From: an uncultured virus (IMG/VR IMGVR_UViG_3300035698_018388)
Lineage: Duplodnaviria > Heunggongvirae > Uroviricota > Caudoviricetes
Length of the DNA: 64,000 nt
Virus record (IMG/VR): IMGVR_UViG_3300035698_018388
Strand: one strand, 5' to 3'
A program made the position numbers and the translations under genes. The number at the start of each line of letters is the position of its first letter. The stretch's first letter is position 1. Below the pieces are notes generated by a model. That model saw only the letters and a list, made by a program, of their open reading frames with translations. It was not told the origin of the DNA and made no database searches. Positions 49,040-56,913 of this stretch are shown here, piece by piece.

Positions 49040-49549
49040 ATGATTACTTTAGAACAAGCAAAAAAACTTTCCAACGGACAAATTATTTTTCATGCAGTTG
49101 CAAAAAATGCCGATGGTTCTCCCATGAGATGGAGAGTAAACGGGATGGTGAAGTTGTGGAAGCGTAATCCCAAACGGATTCAGGTTCCTTTGAAGCATGG
49201 TCTCTATGATCACGGCTATCTGGTCGAATCGAATTTGAAAGAATTCTTTCTGACAGAAGAAAAAGTTAAAATGGCAGTTTGCTCCTGTGGTCTTCAATGG
49301 CAATGGGATTTTGATGTTGACACTTTCTTCTATGCCAACACGGATGAAGAAGTTAAAACGGTTGATTTGTTTCCCGATTCTGGTTCTGTTGAAGACGATG
49401 ACGATGAAATCCACGGCGTCACCGTTTATATCTGCTCTTGCGGAAAAGTAAATTCTGCTATTATTAATAATGGCGGGGCGACCGTCGTTCAGATCAAAGA
49501 ATGGGATAAGATCGATTGGGAAAATGATTTGAATTCGTACTGTTTCTAA
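49040..49549 (+). CDS. hypothetical early protein
   Basis: AAGGAGGAGAA RBS; stop lies inside type A stem. Confidence 0.75.
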   Translation: MITLEQAKKLSNGQIIFHAVAKNADGSPMRWRVNGMVKLWKRNPKRIQVPLKHGLYDHGYLVESNLKEFFLTEEKVKMAVCSCGLQWQWDFDVDTFFYANTDEEVKTVDLFPDSGSVEDDDDEIHGVTVYICSCGKVNSAIINNGGATVVQIKEWDKIDWENDLNSYCF

Positions 49550-49641
49550 TTTCATCGGTGGTTCAAGGATCAAAATGGGAGGGTAACAACTGATCACTTT
49601 ATTCTTCAATTAGATTCTTGAACCACTCATTGAAAATAGAA
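49543..49641 (+). repeat. type A intergenic stem, copy 2 (extended apical stem)
   Basis: Same base and tcg/tcat internal loop; gtggttcaagga/ttcttgaaccac upper stem. Confidence 0.75.
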
Positions 49642-49670
49642 GTTAACGTAAAACAAATAAGGAGGAGAAA

Positions 49671-49961
49671 ATGTTAAACAACTTTAAAAAAGTAAGAGAG
49701 TTTGATGACAACGATTGGGACGGTTTGGCTGGTGCTGAAAAATTTGAAGATGGAAGTCTTCCTGTAATTAGGGAAGCAACAAATTTTATGGCTATTGGTG
49801 ATGCAACCGGAATTGAAATTTATCTGGAGGCCGATGCCGAAAACAATTTTAATGTTTCAATCAAAACCAGTCAAAAAGTAATCGCAGCATTCATTGAAAA
49901 TATGGATGCCAATTTAACCGAAGAAAAACTTTTGGCAATGGGATTTAAAGCCGTTTATTAA
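49671..49961 (+). CDS. hypothetical early protein
   Basis: AAGGAGGAGAA RBS. Confidence 0.75.
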   Translation: MLNNFKKVREFDDNDWDGLAGAEKFEDGSLPVIREATNFMAIGDATGIEIYLEADAENNFNVSIKTSQKVIAAFIENMDANLTEEKLLAMGFKAVY

Positions 49962-49964
49962 AAG

Positions 49965-50045
49965 CGTATCAGGTCCTGAGCGGCAGGGGGTAGCAATACT
50001 CCCTGCGTTGCGATTAACGAAGTATGTCAGGACATACTTCAAAAA
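49965..50045 (+). ncRNA. pistol-like ribozyme, circularly permuted (P1 on the 3' side)
   Basis: P2 cgta, TCAGG, tcctga, GCG, P3 10 bp GNRA hairpin, GT, tgcg; then P1 gaagtatg/catacttc with loop tcagga, then AAAAA; predicted cut 50007/50008. Confidence 0.75.
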
Positions 50046-50060
50046 TAAGGAGGAGAAAAA

Positions 50061-50285
50061 ATGAAAGTTGATAAGAAAATAATTGATGCCGGAATATCAG
50101 AAAAGAAAATTGTTGCTCAGTTGGCCGTCATAGTCAAGAATATTGACAACCGACGTTTTCTATTCAAAAGAATTAAAAACCTTTATACGGCTAATCTGGT
50201 GGCTTATTACTATGCTGCCAGGACGTATGCGGATTGGAATTTATCAGCAGCAATCAGAACGGCAATTTTTGAAAGAGCACTTTAA
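50061..50285 (+). CDS. hypothetical early protein
   Basis: AAGGAGGAGAA RBS. Confidence 0.75.
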   Translation: MKVDKKIIDAGISEKKIVAQLAVIVKNIDNRRFLFKRIKNLYTANLVAYYYAARTYADWNLSAAIRTAIFERAL

Positions 50286-50342
50286 TTTCTGTTGTCTTCG
50301 GTGTCATATGTGAAAGCATATGACACTCATAGAAAATAGAAG
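50286..50342 (+). repeat. type A intergenic stem, copy 3
   Basis: tct-tcg-gtgtcatatg/catatgacac-tcat-aga, covarying with other copies. Confidence 0.75.
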
Positions 50343-50369
50343 TTAATATAAACATAAGGAGGAGAAAAG

Positions 50370-50603
50370 ATGAGAATGACAAAAGAACATTTTGCCGCCA
50401 TTAAAAAAGCAATGGATGAAACGATGAAGCGATATCCAAAAATGAAACAGGAATATAAAAAACAAAGTCTCAGCAAAATCCGCTATGCATGGGATATTTT
50501 CAATGCTTCTTTCCGATCAGATTATATTTGTAAATTTCTTTATCCATATTTAAACGATTCGCATATTCAAACAGCACTTCTTAAAATCGTAGGAGAATAT
50601 TAA
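50370..50603 (+). CDS. hypothetical early protein
   Basis: AAGGAGGAGAA RBS; R..WD...LY.YLND.HI.TAL. Confidence 0.75.
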   Translation: MRMTKEHFAAIKKAMDETMKRYPKMKQEYKKQSLSKIRYAWDIFNASFRSDYICKFLYPYLNDSHIQTALLKIVGEY

Positions 50604-50605
50604 AT

Positions 50606-50680
50606 CCTATTAGGTCTTGTGCTGGACAGGATTGCTCCTGTCCATTGGGTGAAACGTCAAGTGGCAAGAGACTTGACATA
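50606..50680 (+). ncRNA. permuted pistol-like element, divergent core
   Basis: ccta, TTAGG, tcttgt, GCT, P3 ggacagga/tcctgtcc, AT, tggg; P1 gtcaagt/acttgac loop contains gcaaga. Confidence 0.6.
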
Positions 50681-50707
50681 ACAATTAACTAAGGAGGAGA
50701 AAAGAAA

Positions 50708-50908
50708 ATGGCAAAAATGAAAATTGCATCGGACAATGTGAAGATGAATGTGGATGATGGAATCCTGACGATCAAAGTCAATTTGAAAAAAGACTTTGGT
50801 GAAAGCAAATCCGGGAAAACGATTATTGTTGCTTCTACTCTGGGCAACAAAAAAATCGAAGGAACGGAAATGACAATGGGATTGAACATCTACAAGTACG
50901 CTGAGTAA
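50708..50908 (+). CDS. small conserved hypothetical protein
   Basis: LTI.V.L....G.SKSGKT.IVAST.GN; AAGGAGGAGAA RBS. Confidence 0.8.
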   Translation: MAKMKIASDNVKMNVDDGILTIKVNLKKDFGESKSGKTIIVASTLGNKKIEGTEMTMGLNIYKYAE

Positions 50909-50966
50909 TTTCTGTTTTAACCAGTACTCTTAATCCTAAAATTAAGAGTACTCATGAAGATAGAAG
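50909..50966 (+). repeat. type A-related intergenic stem, copy 4
   Basis: tttctgtttt...agtactcttaat/attaagagtact-catgaagatagaa. Confidence 0.7.
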
Positions 50967-50997
50967 TTAAACAACAACAACAAACAAGGAGGAGAAA

Positions 50998-51243
50998 ATG
51001 AAAAAAGTAAAAGGAAGTGATCTTCGGTTACGAGATGAAATCAGAAGTTTTAATGATAGCCCTTACAACACATCAACCGTTATTAAAATTGAAGAACATT
51101 CTGTCCATTTGTTTCGGCCCTATGTTCACACTTCTGATTTTTCATCGACTGCCGGAGTAATCCCGTATGTTGGATTTGAAAACTATTCAATCGGTAAAAA
51201 TACGGAAGTTGAATTGCTTCGCAGGAACAAAGCTCCAAAATAG
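50998..51243 (+). CDS. hypothetical early protein
   Basis: AAGGAGGAGAA RBS. Confidence 0.75.
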   Translation: MKKVKGSDLRLRDEIRSFNDSPYNTSTVIKIEEHSVHLFRPYVHTSDFSSTAGVIPYVGFENYSIGKNTEVELLRRNKAPK

Positions 51244-51263
51244 ATTTCTACAGGGAGACAAAA

Positions 51264-51458
51264 ATGAAAAGCGATTTAAGCGGAATTTATTTTAATGGTT
51301 CTCCAATTGATCCTGATTGCTTTATCCCCAGAAATAAAGATACAAAAGAAATAATGGACTCCGCAATGGCAATCAAAAAAAGTATTTATCGGAAACCAAC
51401 AAAAAGATTCTCCTGTCAAGATGAAAAAGATGGGCCTTTAAAAATTATTCATTTCTAA
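51264..51458 (+). CDS. hypothetical early protein
   Basis: GGGAG RBS; stop inside type A stem. Confidence 0.6.
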   Translation: MKSDLSGIYFNGSPIDPDCFIPRNKDTKEIMDSAMAIKKSIYRKPTKRFSCQDEKDGPLKIIHF

Positions 51459-51508
51459 TTTCATCGGTGTCATACTTTGAGGAGTATGACACTCATTGAA
51501 AATAGAAG
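51452..51508 (+). repeat. type A intergenic stem, copy 5
   Basis: gtgtcatact/agtatgacac upper stem with conserved base. Confidence 0.75.
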
Positions 51509-51538
51509 TTAACCACAACAACATAAGGAGGAGAAAAA

Positions 51539-51853
51539 ATGTTAAGAAAATTTGAAAAAAGCGACTATGTGAAGTATCCCGGTGTTGAATCAAAAGACTG
51601 CCAAATTGACGACGATCTAAAAATGATGATAAAAGGTATAGAGTTCAAAGCCACTTTGCTTCGTGATGGATCATTAGTTCATCTTTATTGCTACAACGAA
51701 GATGGGAAAATGGTTCTAATGTATTATCGCAATGTTTCAACAAACAACTTCGCAGTTGAAGTTACAAAAGCTCTTTCGTCAATGTCGTCAATTACCGAAA
51801 ACTTTTTAATGACCGCTCTCGGTTTTGAAAAAAACACATACCGGTCTTTTTAA
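51539..51853 (+). CDS. hypothetical early protein
   Basis: AAGGAGGAGAA RBS. Confidence 0.75.
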   Translation: MLRKFEKSDYVKYPGVESKDCQIDDDLKMMIKGIEFKATLLRDGSLVHLYCYNEDGKMVLMYYRNVSTNNFAVEVTKALSSMSSITENFLMTALGFEKNTYRSF

Positions 51854-51866
51854 AAAGGAGTATAAG

Positions 51867-52031
51867 ATGGACAGGAAGCAAAAGCGGTTCATAAAGAAAA
51901 AAGTCAAGTCGCTTGGATCAAGATCGGAAGCCAAATTATTTTATCGGAGTAACGATGCCGTCAGCAAATTTGCAAATGATTTTGCTGAAGAAATCTTTCC
52001 GGTAGAAATCACAAGGAGAAAAAAGAAATGA
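51867..52031 (+). CDS. small basic protein ending in ITRRKKK
   Basis: AAGGAG RBS before ATG 51867. Confidence 0.6.
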   Translation: MDRKQKRFIKKKVKSLGSRSEAKLFYRSNDAVSKFANDFAEEIFPVEITRRKKK

Positions 52032-52198
52032 TTAACATGATTGCTTTAAAAAGTTATGATGACAAAATGCACGTTTCCAATTTTAAAGACCGAGAAAAGG
52101 CATTTGAAAAGGCACAAGAGCTAATTGATACCGGACAGGGATTGCAAGTAATCCTTCTTTGCGATTCTGAAATTATCTTTAATGAAAACAGTTTCTAA
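52028..52198 (+). CDS. hypothetical protein (56 aa)
   Basis: ATGA coupling, AAGGAG RBS; stop inside type A stem. Confidence 0.6.
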   Translation: MINMIALKSYDDKMHVSNFKDREKAFEKAQELIDTGQGLQVILLCDSEIIFNENSF

Positions 52199-52248
52199 TT
52201 TCATCGGTGCTTTACTTGAAAGAGTAAAGCACTCATTGAAGATAGAAA
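52192..52248 (+). repeat. type A intergenic stem, copy 6
   Basis: Near-identical to copy 1. Confidence 0.75.
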
Positions 52249-52275
52249 ACAATAACAAACCATAAGGAGGAGAAA

Positions 52276-52521
52276 ATGAAACTATCAGAATTTTTTAATG
52301 ACCTTTCAACTATTTTCTTTAAACATGGAGATCTTGATTTAAAGTTTAAAATTTTTCATCCAGAATGCCCAATCAATAACGAAACGGTTGCAAAGGAAGG
52401 AACTCTTTTACTTCCAATAGATACGGATGAAATAATTGAAAATGTCCATCTTGGAAACGGAAACAAAAAAGAAAGAGTAACACCAGCAACACAATTAACA
52501 ATAGTAATTGAATGTAAATAG
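52276..52521 (+). CDS. hypothetical early protein
   Basis: AAGGAGGAGAA RBS. Confidence 0.75.
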   Translation: MKLSEFFNDLSTIFFKHGDLDLKFKIFHPECPINNETVAKEGTLLLPIDTDEIIENVHLGNGNKKERVTPATQLTIVIECK

Positions 52522-52591
52522 TGTCGAAACGGGGAGCCTAACGTTCCCCTTCTATGTAAAGTGATTCTTTGCATATTGATAAGACAAATCA
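52522..52591 (+). ncRNA. hammerhead ribozyme, type II (U3-A8 core variant)
   Basis: tgtc-GAAAc-ggggagc/gttcccc-tTC-stem I-TTGATAA-gaca-aatca; predicted cut after 52552. Confidence 0.82.
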
Positions 52592-52622
52592 ATTTTATTC
52601 ATAATTAACTAAGGAGGAGAAA

Positions 52623-54077
52623 ATGGAAAACAAAGCAAAAGAAATCGTCAGCTACCTAAGAGCGGGATTTTCAACATTCTGGATTCCAACGGCTGAACCA
52701 ATGAGATTAGAATCTTATATCCAACCGATCATTGAAGACTTTGAATCCAAAGCGGGAGACAAGTGGAATGTGAAATCGTGGCGATGCACCATTGACAACG
52801 GGACTCCGGAAGACAAAGATCCGGTGAAGTTTTTAAATAAACTTTCAAATGATGACTCCCCGGAAGGAACTGTCTTTTTCCTTCACAACTTCAATTGGTT
52901 CATCGAAAAGAATAAGCTGCTTGTCCAAATTATTCAGGACCAGTCTCCGGTCTGGGCGAGTCAGGGAAAAGCGATTGTTGTTATTTCTCAAAGTGCAAGT
53001 ATCCCGGTTGAATTGCAAAAGTTTTTTTGTTTATTGAAATTAGATCTGCCGAATGAAGAAGAAATAATTAAATCGGTAGAAAAGATTTCTTCGGCAATTC
53101 CAAATGCAAAACCGGATAAAAAATGCCTTCCAAAAATTGTCAATGCTGCTAAGGGATTAACGTTAAATGAAATTGAAAACGTTTTCTCTTTATCACTTGT
53201 CGAAAAGAGTGCAATCGCACCGGAAGTGATTAACAGTTACAAAGCCCAAATGATTGCCAAAACGGGATTTCTGGAAGTTATTCCGCCGACAAGAAATTTT
53301 TCTTCAATTATCGGTTACGATAGCTGGAAGCAATTTACTCTTGAAACGGGTCGTGACCCACGGAGTAAAGGTTCTCTTTTGATTGGTCATCCGGGAACCG
53401 GCAAGACCATGTTGCTTTATGGAACTGCCGGTGAGTTTCCAGACAAGTCTACCGTAAAACTTGTTATTGGAAAACTCTTTTCAAAATTTGTTGGTGAAAC
53501 GGATGCGAATGTTGATTACGTTATTGATTTCCTAACAGCAATCGGTAATTGCAATTTAATTATTGACGAATTCGAGAAGCAATTCTCGGGCGTTGGTGGT
53601 TCTGACGATGGAACGGGTGGAACAACTATCCGGGCAAATTCCAGATGGCTTGACTTTCTTCAATTCAGACCACCGGGAATTAATGTTTATGGAACCGCAA
53701 ACTCTGTTCGTGGTATTCCACCGGAGTACTTAAGAGCCGGTCGTTGGGATGTTGCTCCCTTTTTCGTTGGATTGCCTTCTGATAATGTTAAAGGAGAAAT
53801 CCTAAATCATTATCTGAAAATTAATGAAATGAAAAAACCGGCTGCTTCTTTAATCCCGAAGATGGAAAAATGGGCTGGATGCGATATTGAAGCATGTTGC
53901 AATCTGGCAAGTATGCGGAGCATTTCATTAATTGAAGCCTCTAAGTTTATCAGGCCTCAGGCATTAACGATGAAAAGGGAAATTGACGAGTTAGAAAGTT
54001 GGGCAAAGGATCGGTGCATCCCTGCTGAAGATGCTCCCGTATCAACGCCCATAAAGAGACGGAAGTTAGCGATCTAA
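52623..54077 (+). CDS. AAA+ ATPase, Ycf46/SpoVK-like
   Basis: GHPGTGKT Walker A, LIIDEFEK Walker B, PPE.LR.GRWD, SK.VGET. Confidence 0.9.
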   Translation: MENKAKEIVSYLRAGFSTFWIPTAEPMRLESYIQPIIEDFESKAGDKWNVKSWRCTIDNGTPEDKDPVKFLNKLSNDDSPEGTVFFLHNFNWFIEKNKLLVQIIQDQSPVWASQGKAIVVISQSASIPVELQKFFCLLKLDLPNEEEIIKSVEKISSAIPNAKPDKKCLPKIVNAAKGLTLNEIENVFSLSLVEKSAIAPEVINSYKAQMIAKTGFLEVIPPTRNFSSIIGYDSWKQFTLETGRDPRSKGSLLIGHPGTGKTMLLYGTAGEFPDKSTVKLVIGKLFSKFVGETDANVDYVIDFLTAIGNCNLIIDEFEKQFSGVGGSDDGTGGTTIRANSRWLDFLQFRPPGINVYGTANSVRGIPPEYLRAGRWDVAPFFVGLPSDNVKGEILNHYLKINEMKKPAASLIPKMEKWAGCDIEACCNLASMRSISLIEASKFIRPQALTMKREIDELESWAKDRCIPAEDAPVSTPIKRRKLAI

Positions 54078-54137
54078 TTTCTATTTTAACGCTTGCCTTT
54101 GATTTTAGGAGGTCAAGGGCAATCATGAAAATAGAAA
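54078..54137 (+). repeat. type A-related intergenic stem, copy 7
   Basis: tttctatttt...ttgcctttgat/gtcaagggcaa-tcatgaaaatagaaa. Confidence 0.7.
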
Positions 54138-54192
54138 ATGAAAATTTCAAAACCGTGTTATAATATTAATATCAACCCATAAGGAGGAGAAA

Positions 54193-54360
54193 ATGAAAAA
54201 GGCAATTGGAAAAAAAGAAATTATTGAAATTTTTGAATTCGATCCAAAATGGAGAAAAGACGGAACAAGTCTACCACTTTGCCGACATCTTCGCCGTCTT
54301 CTCCCCGCTTACAAAAAAGAAAATGGATACCGAATTGAAATTACAGAAGTTAAACCTTAA
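54193..54360 (+). CDS. hypothetical protein (55 aa)
   Basis: MKKAIGKKEIIEIFEF...; AAGGAGGAGAA RBS. Confidence 0.7.
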   Translation: MKKAIGKKEIIEIFEFDPKWRKDGTSLPLCRHLRRLLPAYKKENGYRIEITEVKP

Positions 54361-54429
54361 CAGCAGATAGCCATTAGGATCTGTGCGGTAGCAAGTAATT
54401 GGAAGATTACTTGCTACGTTGGCTAAAAA
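54361..54429 (+). ncRNA. pistol-like element lacking P1, copy 1
   Basis: gcagat, agcca, TTAGG, atctgt, GCG, P3 gtagcaagtaat/attacttgctac, GT, tggct; predicted cut 54418/54419. Confidence 0.65.
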
Positions 54430-54464
54430 TTTTATTAATGTAAAAACAAAATAAGGAGGAGAAA

Positions 54465-54689
54465 ATGAAAAAAATTGTAATCACTCTTGGCAAGAACGGT
54501 TCTAAGAAAGTTGAAACTTTTGGTTTCAGCGGCCCGAGTTGTAAAGAGCAAACCGGCTTTCTAAATAATATTTTTGGCGCTCCTGTAGAATCGGAGTTAA
54601 AACCAGAATTTTATGAAGAAAACGAAACGGAGTCTAACGTAATGTTAGATGTTCACGGACTGCCTGAAGGTGGCCGCTTTTGCGGATAA
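54465..54689 (+). CDS. DUF2997-like protein
   Basis: I.I....G...V...GF.G.SC...T.......G......LKPEFY. Confidence 0.8.
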   Translation: MKKIVITLGKNGSKKVETFGFSGPSCKEQTGFLNNIFGAPVESELKPEFYEENETESNVMLDVHGLPEGGRFCG

Positions 54690-54735
54690 AAAAATCTTTA
54701 AAAAATATAATCCGTTATCCAAAAGGAGAAAAGAA

Positions 54736-55107
54736 ATGAGCCATATTTCAACTTTTTCTGAAAGAATCAAAAACGTCAAGAAGCTTGTAGAGATTGCAAA
54801 AAAATGTGGTTATGAAGTAAAAGAAGATGTGACCGTAACCATGTTCGGTTCTCAAAAGGTTTTTAATGCCGTCTCTATTTCACTCCCCAAATGGGGATAT
54901 CCGGTTGCCATTAGTTCTGTTGGAGACGTTCTTTATGATTTCTTCGGCGCTGAAAAAGGACCGGGGGTTTTTGAACAGCTTGGCAGTCTTGTCCAAAATT
55001 ACAATGAAGCAATTGTAATGGATGAAATTCAGTATGATTGCATCACAAGCGTCGATACCATAGAAAACAAAACCACCGGAGATCGTGTCATTACAATCAC
55101 AATCTAA
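54736..55107 (+). CDS. DUF1257/Ycf35-like protein
   Basis: MSHIST..., LP.W.YPV, YD...G...L..L.Q.Y; AAGGAG RBS. Confidence 0.75.
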   Translation: MSHISTFSERIKNVKKLVEIAKKCGYEVKEDVTVTMFGSQKVFNAVSISLPKWGYPVAISSVGDVLYDFFGAEKGPGVFEQLGSLVQNYNEAIVMDEIQYDCITSVDTIENKTTGDRVITITI

Positions 55108-55167
55108 TTTCTGTTTTAACGCTTGCCTTTGATTTAAGGAGGTCAAAGGCAATCATGAAGATAGAAG
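55108..55167 (+). repeat. type A-related intergenic stem, copy 8
   Basis: Near-identical to copy 7. Confidence 0.7.
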
Positions 55168-55202
55168 TTAATATTAACACAACACCAAACAAGGAGGAGA
55201 AA

Positions 55203-55502
55203 ATGGAAAAGAAATTTGCACAATCAATTTTGGATGCTGCCGAAATAAGAGAAGAATCTTATGATAATGTTGCAGCAGAAACAGCATCAAGAAAAGAAAA
55301 GTATCCAGATTTTTCAACATATTATCGGAAGACGATTGTAAAATCGGCGGAAGAATCTTGCAAGAAAAACAAGATTAATGAAGCCTTTGCAGAAGTCATC
55401 GATTGGGCTTTGTATTCCCATTGGAATGACATCATCGATTGGGCTCAACGAATTCTTGGAAAAGTTAATGCCCATGAGAAAAAAAAGAATAACAATTTCT
55501 AA
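55203..55502 (+). CDS. hypothetical early protein
   Basis: AAGGAGGAGAA RBS before ATG 55203. Confidence 0.75.
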   Translation: MEKKFAQSILDAAEIREESYDNVAAETASRKEKYPDFSTYYRKTIVKSAEESCKKNKINEAFAEVIDWALYSHWNDIIDWAQRILGKVNAHEKKKNNNF

Positions 55503-55550
55503 TTTCTTCGGTGCCGTAACTTCGGTTATGGCACTCATAGAAAATAGAAG
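55496..55550 (+). repeat. type A intergenic stem, copy 9 (cUUCGg loop)
   Basis: gtgccgtaac-ttcg-gttatggcac. Confidence 0.75.
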
Positions 55551-55580
55551 TAAACAACAACAACATAAGGAGGAGAACCG

Positions 55581-55931
55581 ATGAGAACTAAAATTGCAAG
55601 AAACGAATGTCTTTTCTGTAATTTGTTTAATGGTTTTGTATGCGAATGGGGGAATTCCGAAGATTGGAAGTTTGTCTTCCATAACCACATGACCAAGTCG
55701 ATGATCGATGACTCCCTCCAGAAATGCCGCTTGGTCACGGAGGCAAACAGGATCACGGATACCAGAATCAAGATCGAAAGGTTCTGGGGATTCAAAATAA
55801 ACAAACAGGTCGGTCCCAAAAGAACGTTCCTGTTCATTGCCCCGTTATATGTCAAACTGATTAAGGAGTATATCACCAATTTCGCTTTCACAATTCCCGT
55901 TCACTTCTGGAAAATGAAATCCAATTTCTAA
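55581..55931 (+). CDS. hypothetical early protein
   Basis: AAGGAGGAGAA RBS. Confidence 0.7.
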   Translation: MRTKIARNECLFCNLFNGFVCEWGNSEDWKFVFHNHMTKSMIDDSLQKCRLVTEANRITDTRIKIERFWGFKINKQVGPKRTFLFIAPLYVKLIKEYITNFAFTIPVHFWKMKSNF

Positions 55932-55981
55932 TTTCATCGGTGTCATACTTTGAGGAGTATGACACTCATTGAAGATAGAAA
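55925..55981 (+). repeat. type A intergenic stem, copy 10
   Basis: Near-identical to copy 5. Confidence 0.75.
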
Positions 55982-56006
55982 ACAACAACAACATAAGGAG
56001 GAGAAA

Positions 56007-56270
56007 ATGAAATTTTTAACGTGCAAAGAAAGAATGGAAAAAATAAGAAAAATAAAAGATGAAGCAAAAAAACCAATCGAATGCAAAAGCTGCGGAATGG
56101 AAATTTCAAGAACGGCAAAAACCTGCCCCTATTGCGGAGAATTGGCATCAGGTGAAAAGGTAGCCCAAGCAGGGAAGGCAATGATCTTCTTCGGTTTGGG
56201 ATTTATCGGTGTAATTGGGTTAGTTGCATTTGGATTAATTATTTTTGCAATTATATTTGGGAATGTATAG
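56007..56270 (+). CDS. zinc-ribbon membrane protein
   Basis: C.SCG.EIS..A..CPYCG plus C-terminal TM; AAGGAGGAGAA RBS. Confidence 0.75.
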   Translation: MKFLTCKERMEKIRKIKDEAKKPIECKSCGMEISRTAKTCPYCGELASGEKVAQAGKAMIFFGLGFIGVIGLVAFGLIIFAIIFGNV

Positions 56271-56272
56271 GG

Positions 56273-56342
56273 TGTCGAAACGGGGAGCGTTATGCTCCTC
56301 TTCTATGTAAAGTGATTCTTTACATATTGATAAGACAAATCA
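56273..56342 (+). ncRNA. hammerhead ribozyme, type II (U3-A8 variant)
   Basis: Stem III ggggagc/gctcctc, stem I tatgtaaag/ctttacata; predicted cut after 56303. Confidence 0.82.
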
Positions 56343-56377
56343 AAAGCAACTAACAGCTAACTAAGGAGGAGAAAAAA

Positions 56378-56803
56378 ATGGAAAACAAAGCAAAAGAAAA
56401 AAAACCGAAAAAAGGAACAATCAAAAAGAAAAGAATGCCAATTATTAAAAACAAAAAAGATGAATTTATGGCGATTGTAAAAAGGATTCAATCGGCCAGT
56501 CCAAAAGAACTCGATCAGTTAAAAGAAGACATTGGTGTTTTAACTGATCAGATTGAAGAAAAAGAAAGTGGCCTTGCCGAAATAAAAGAAATGACACTTG
56601 AAGCAGAAAAGGCATTTGTAAAAGCCAAAAAAATCTTTGAAAGGATTACCCAAAACGGGGATAAATTTTTCAAAGACAAAAAAGGACCAATCAATTCGGA
56701 TATAATCAATTTCCTTTTCACCGAACAAGAACATGATACAATCAAAGAGTATTTATATACAATCGAAGAGTTGTTCGATTTTTACGCTACCTTGACAGAT
56801 TAG
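56378..56803 (+). CDS. hypothetical coiled-coil protein
   Basis: AAGGAGGAGAA RBS. Confidence 0.75.
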   Translation: MENKAKEKKPKKGTIKKKRMPIIKNKKDEFMAIVKRIQSASPKELDQLKEDIGVLTDQIEEKESGLAEIKEMTLEAEKAFVKAKKIFERITQNGDKFFKDKKGPINSDIINFLFTEQEHDTIKEYLYTIEELFDFYATLTD

Positions 56804-56875
56804 TGTCGAAACGGCGAGGGCAAGACCCTCGCCTTCTATGTAAAGTGATTCTTTGCATATTGATAAGACAAATCA
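56804..56875 (+). ncRNA. hammerhead ribozyme, type II (U3-A8 variant)
   Basis: Stem III ggcgaggg/ccctcgcc; predicted cut after 56836. Confidence 0.82.
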
Positions 56876-56913
56876 ATTTTATTAACGTAACAATTAAATA
56901 AGGAGGAGAACCA

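Noticed and set aside
55135..55205. SD-like loop and in-frame upstream ATG within type A stems (also 55950-56007)
   Set aside because: A stronger RBS sits right before the downstream ATG, the upstream ATG is buried in the stem, and frame is not conserved across copies
48684..55981. Type A repeats as integron attC sites
   Set aside because: No RYYYAAC/GTTRRRY core pair and no integrase in the window; G-U pairs and GNRA/UUCG loops indicate plus-strand RNA structure
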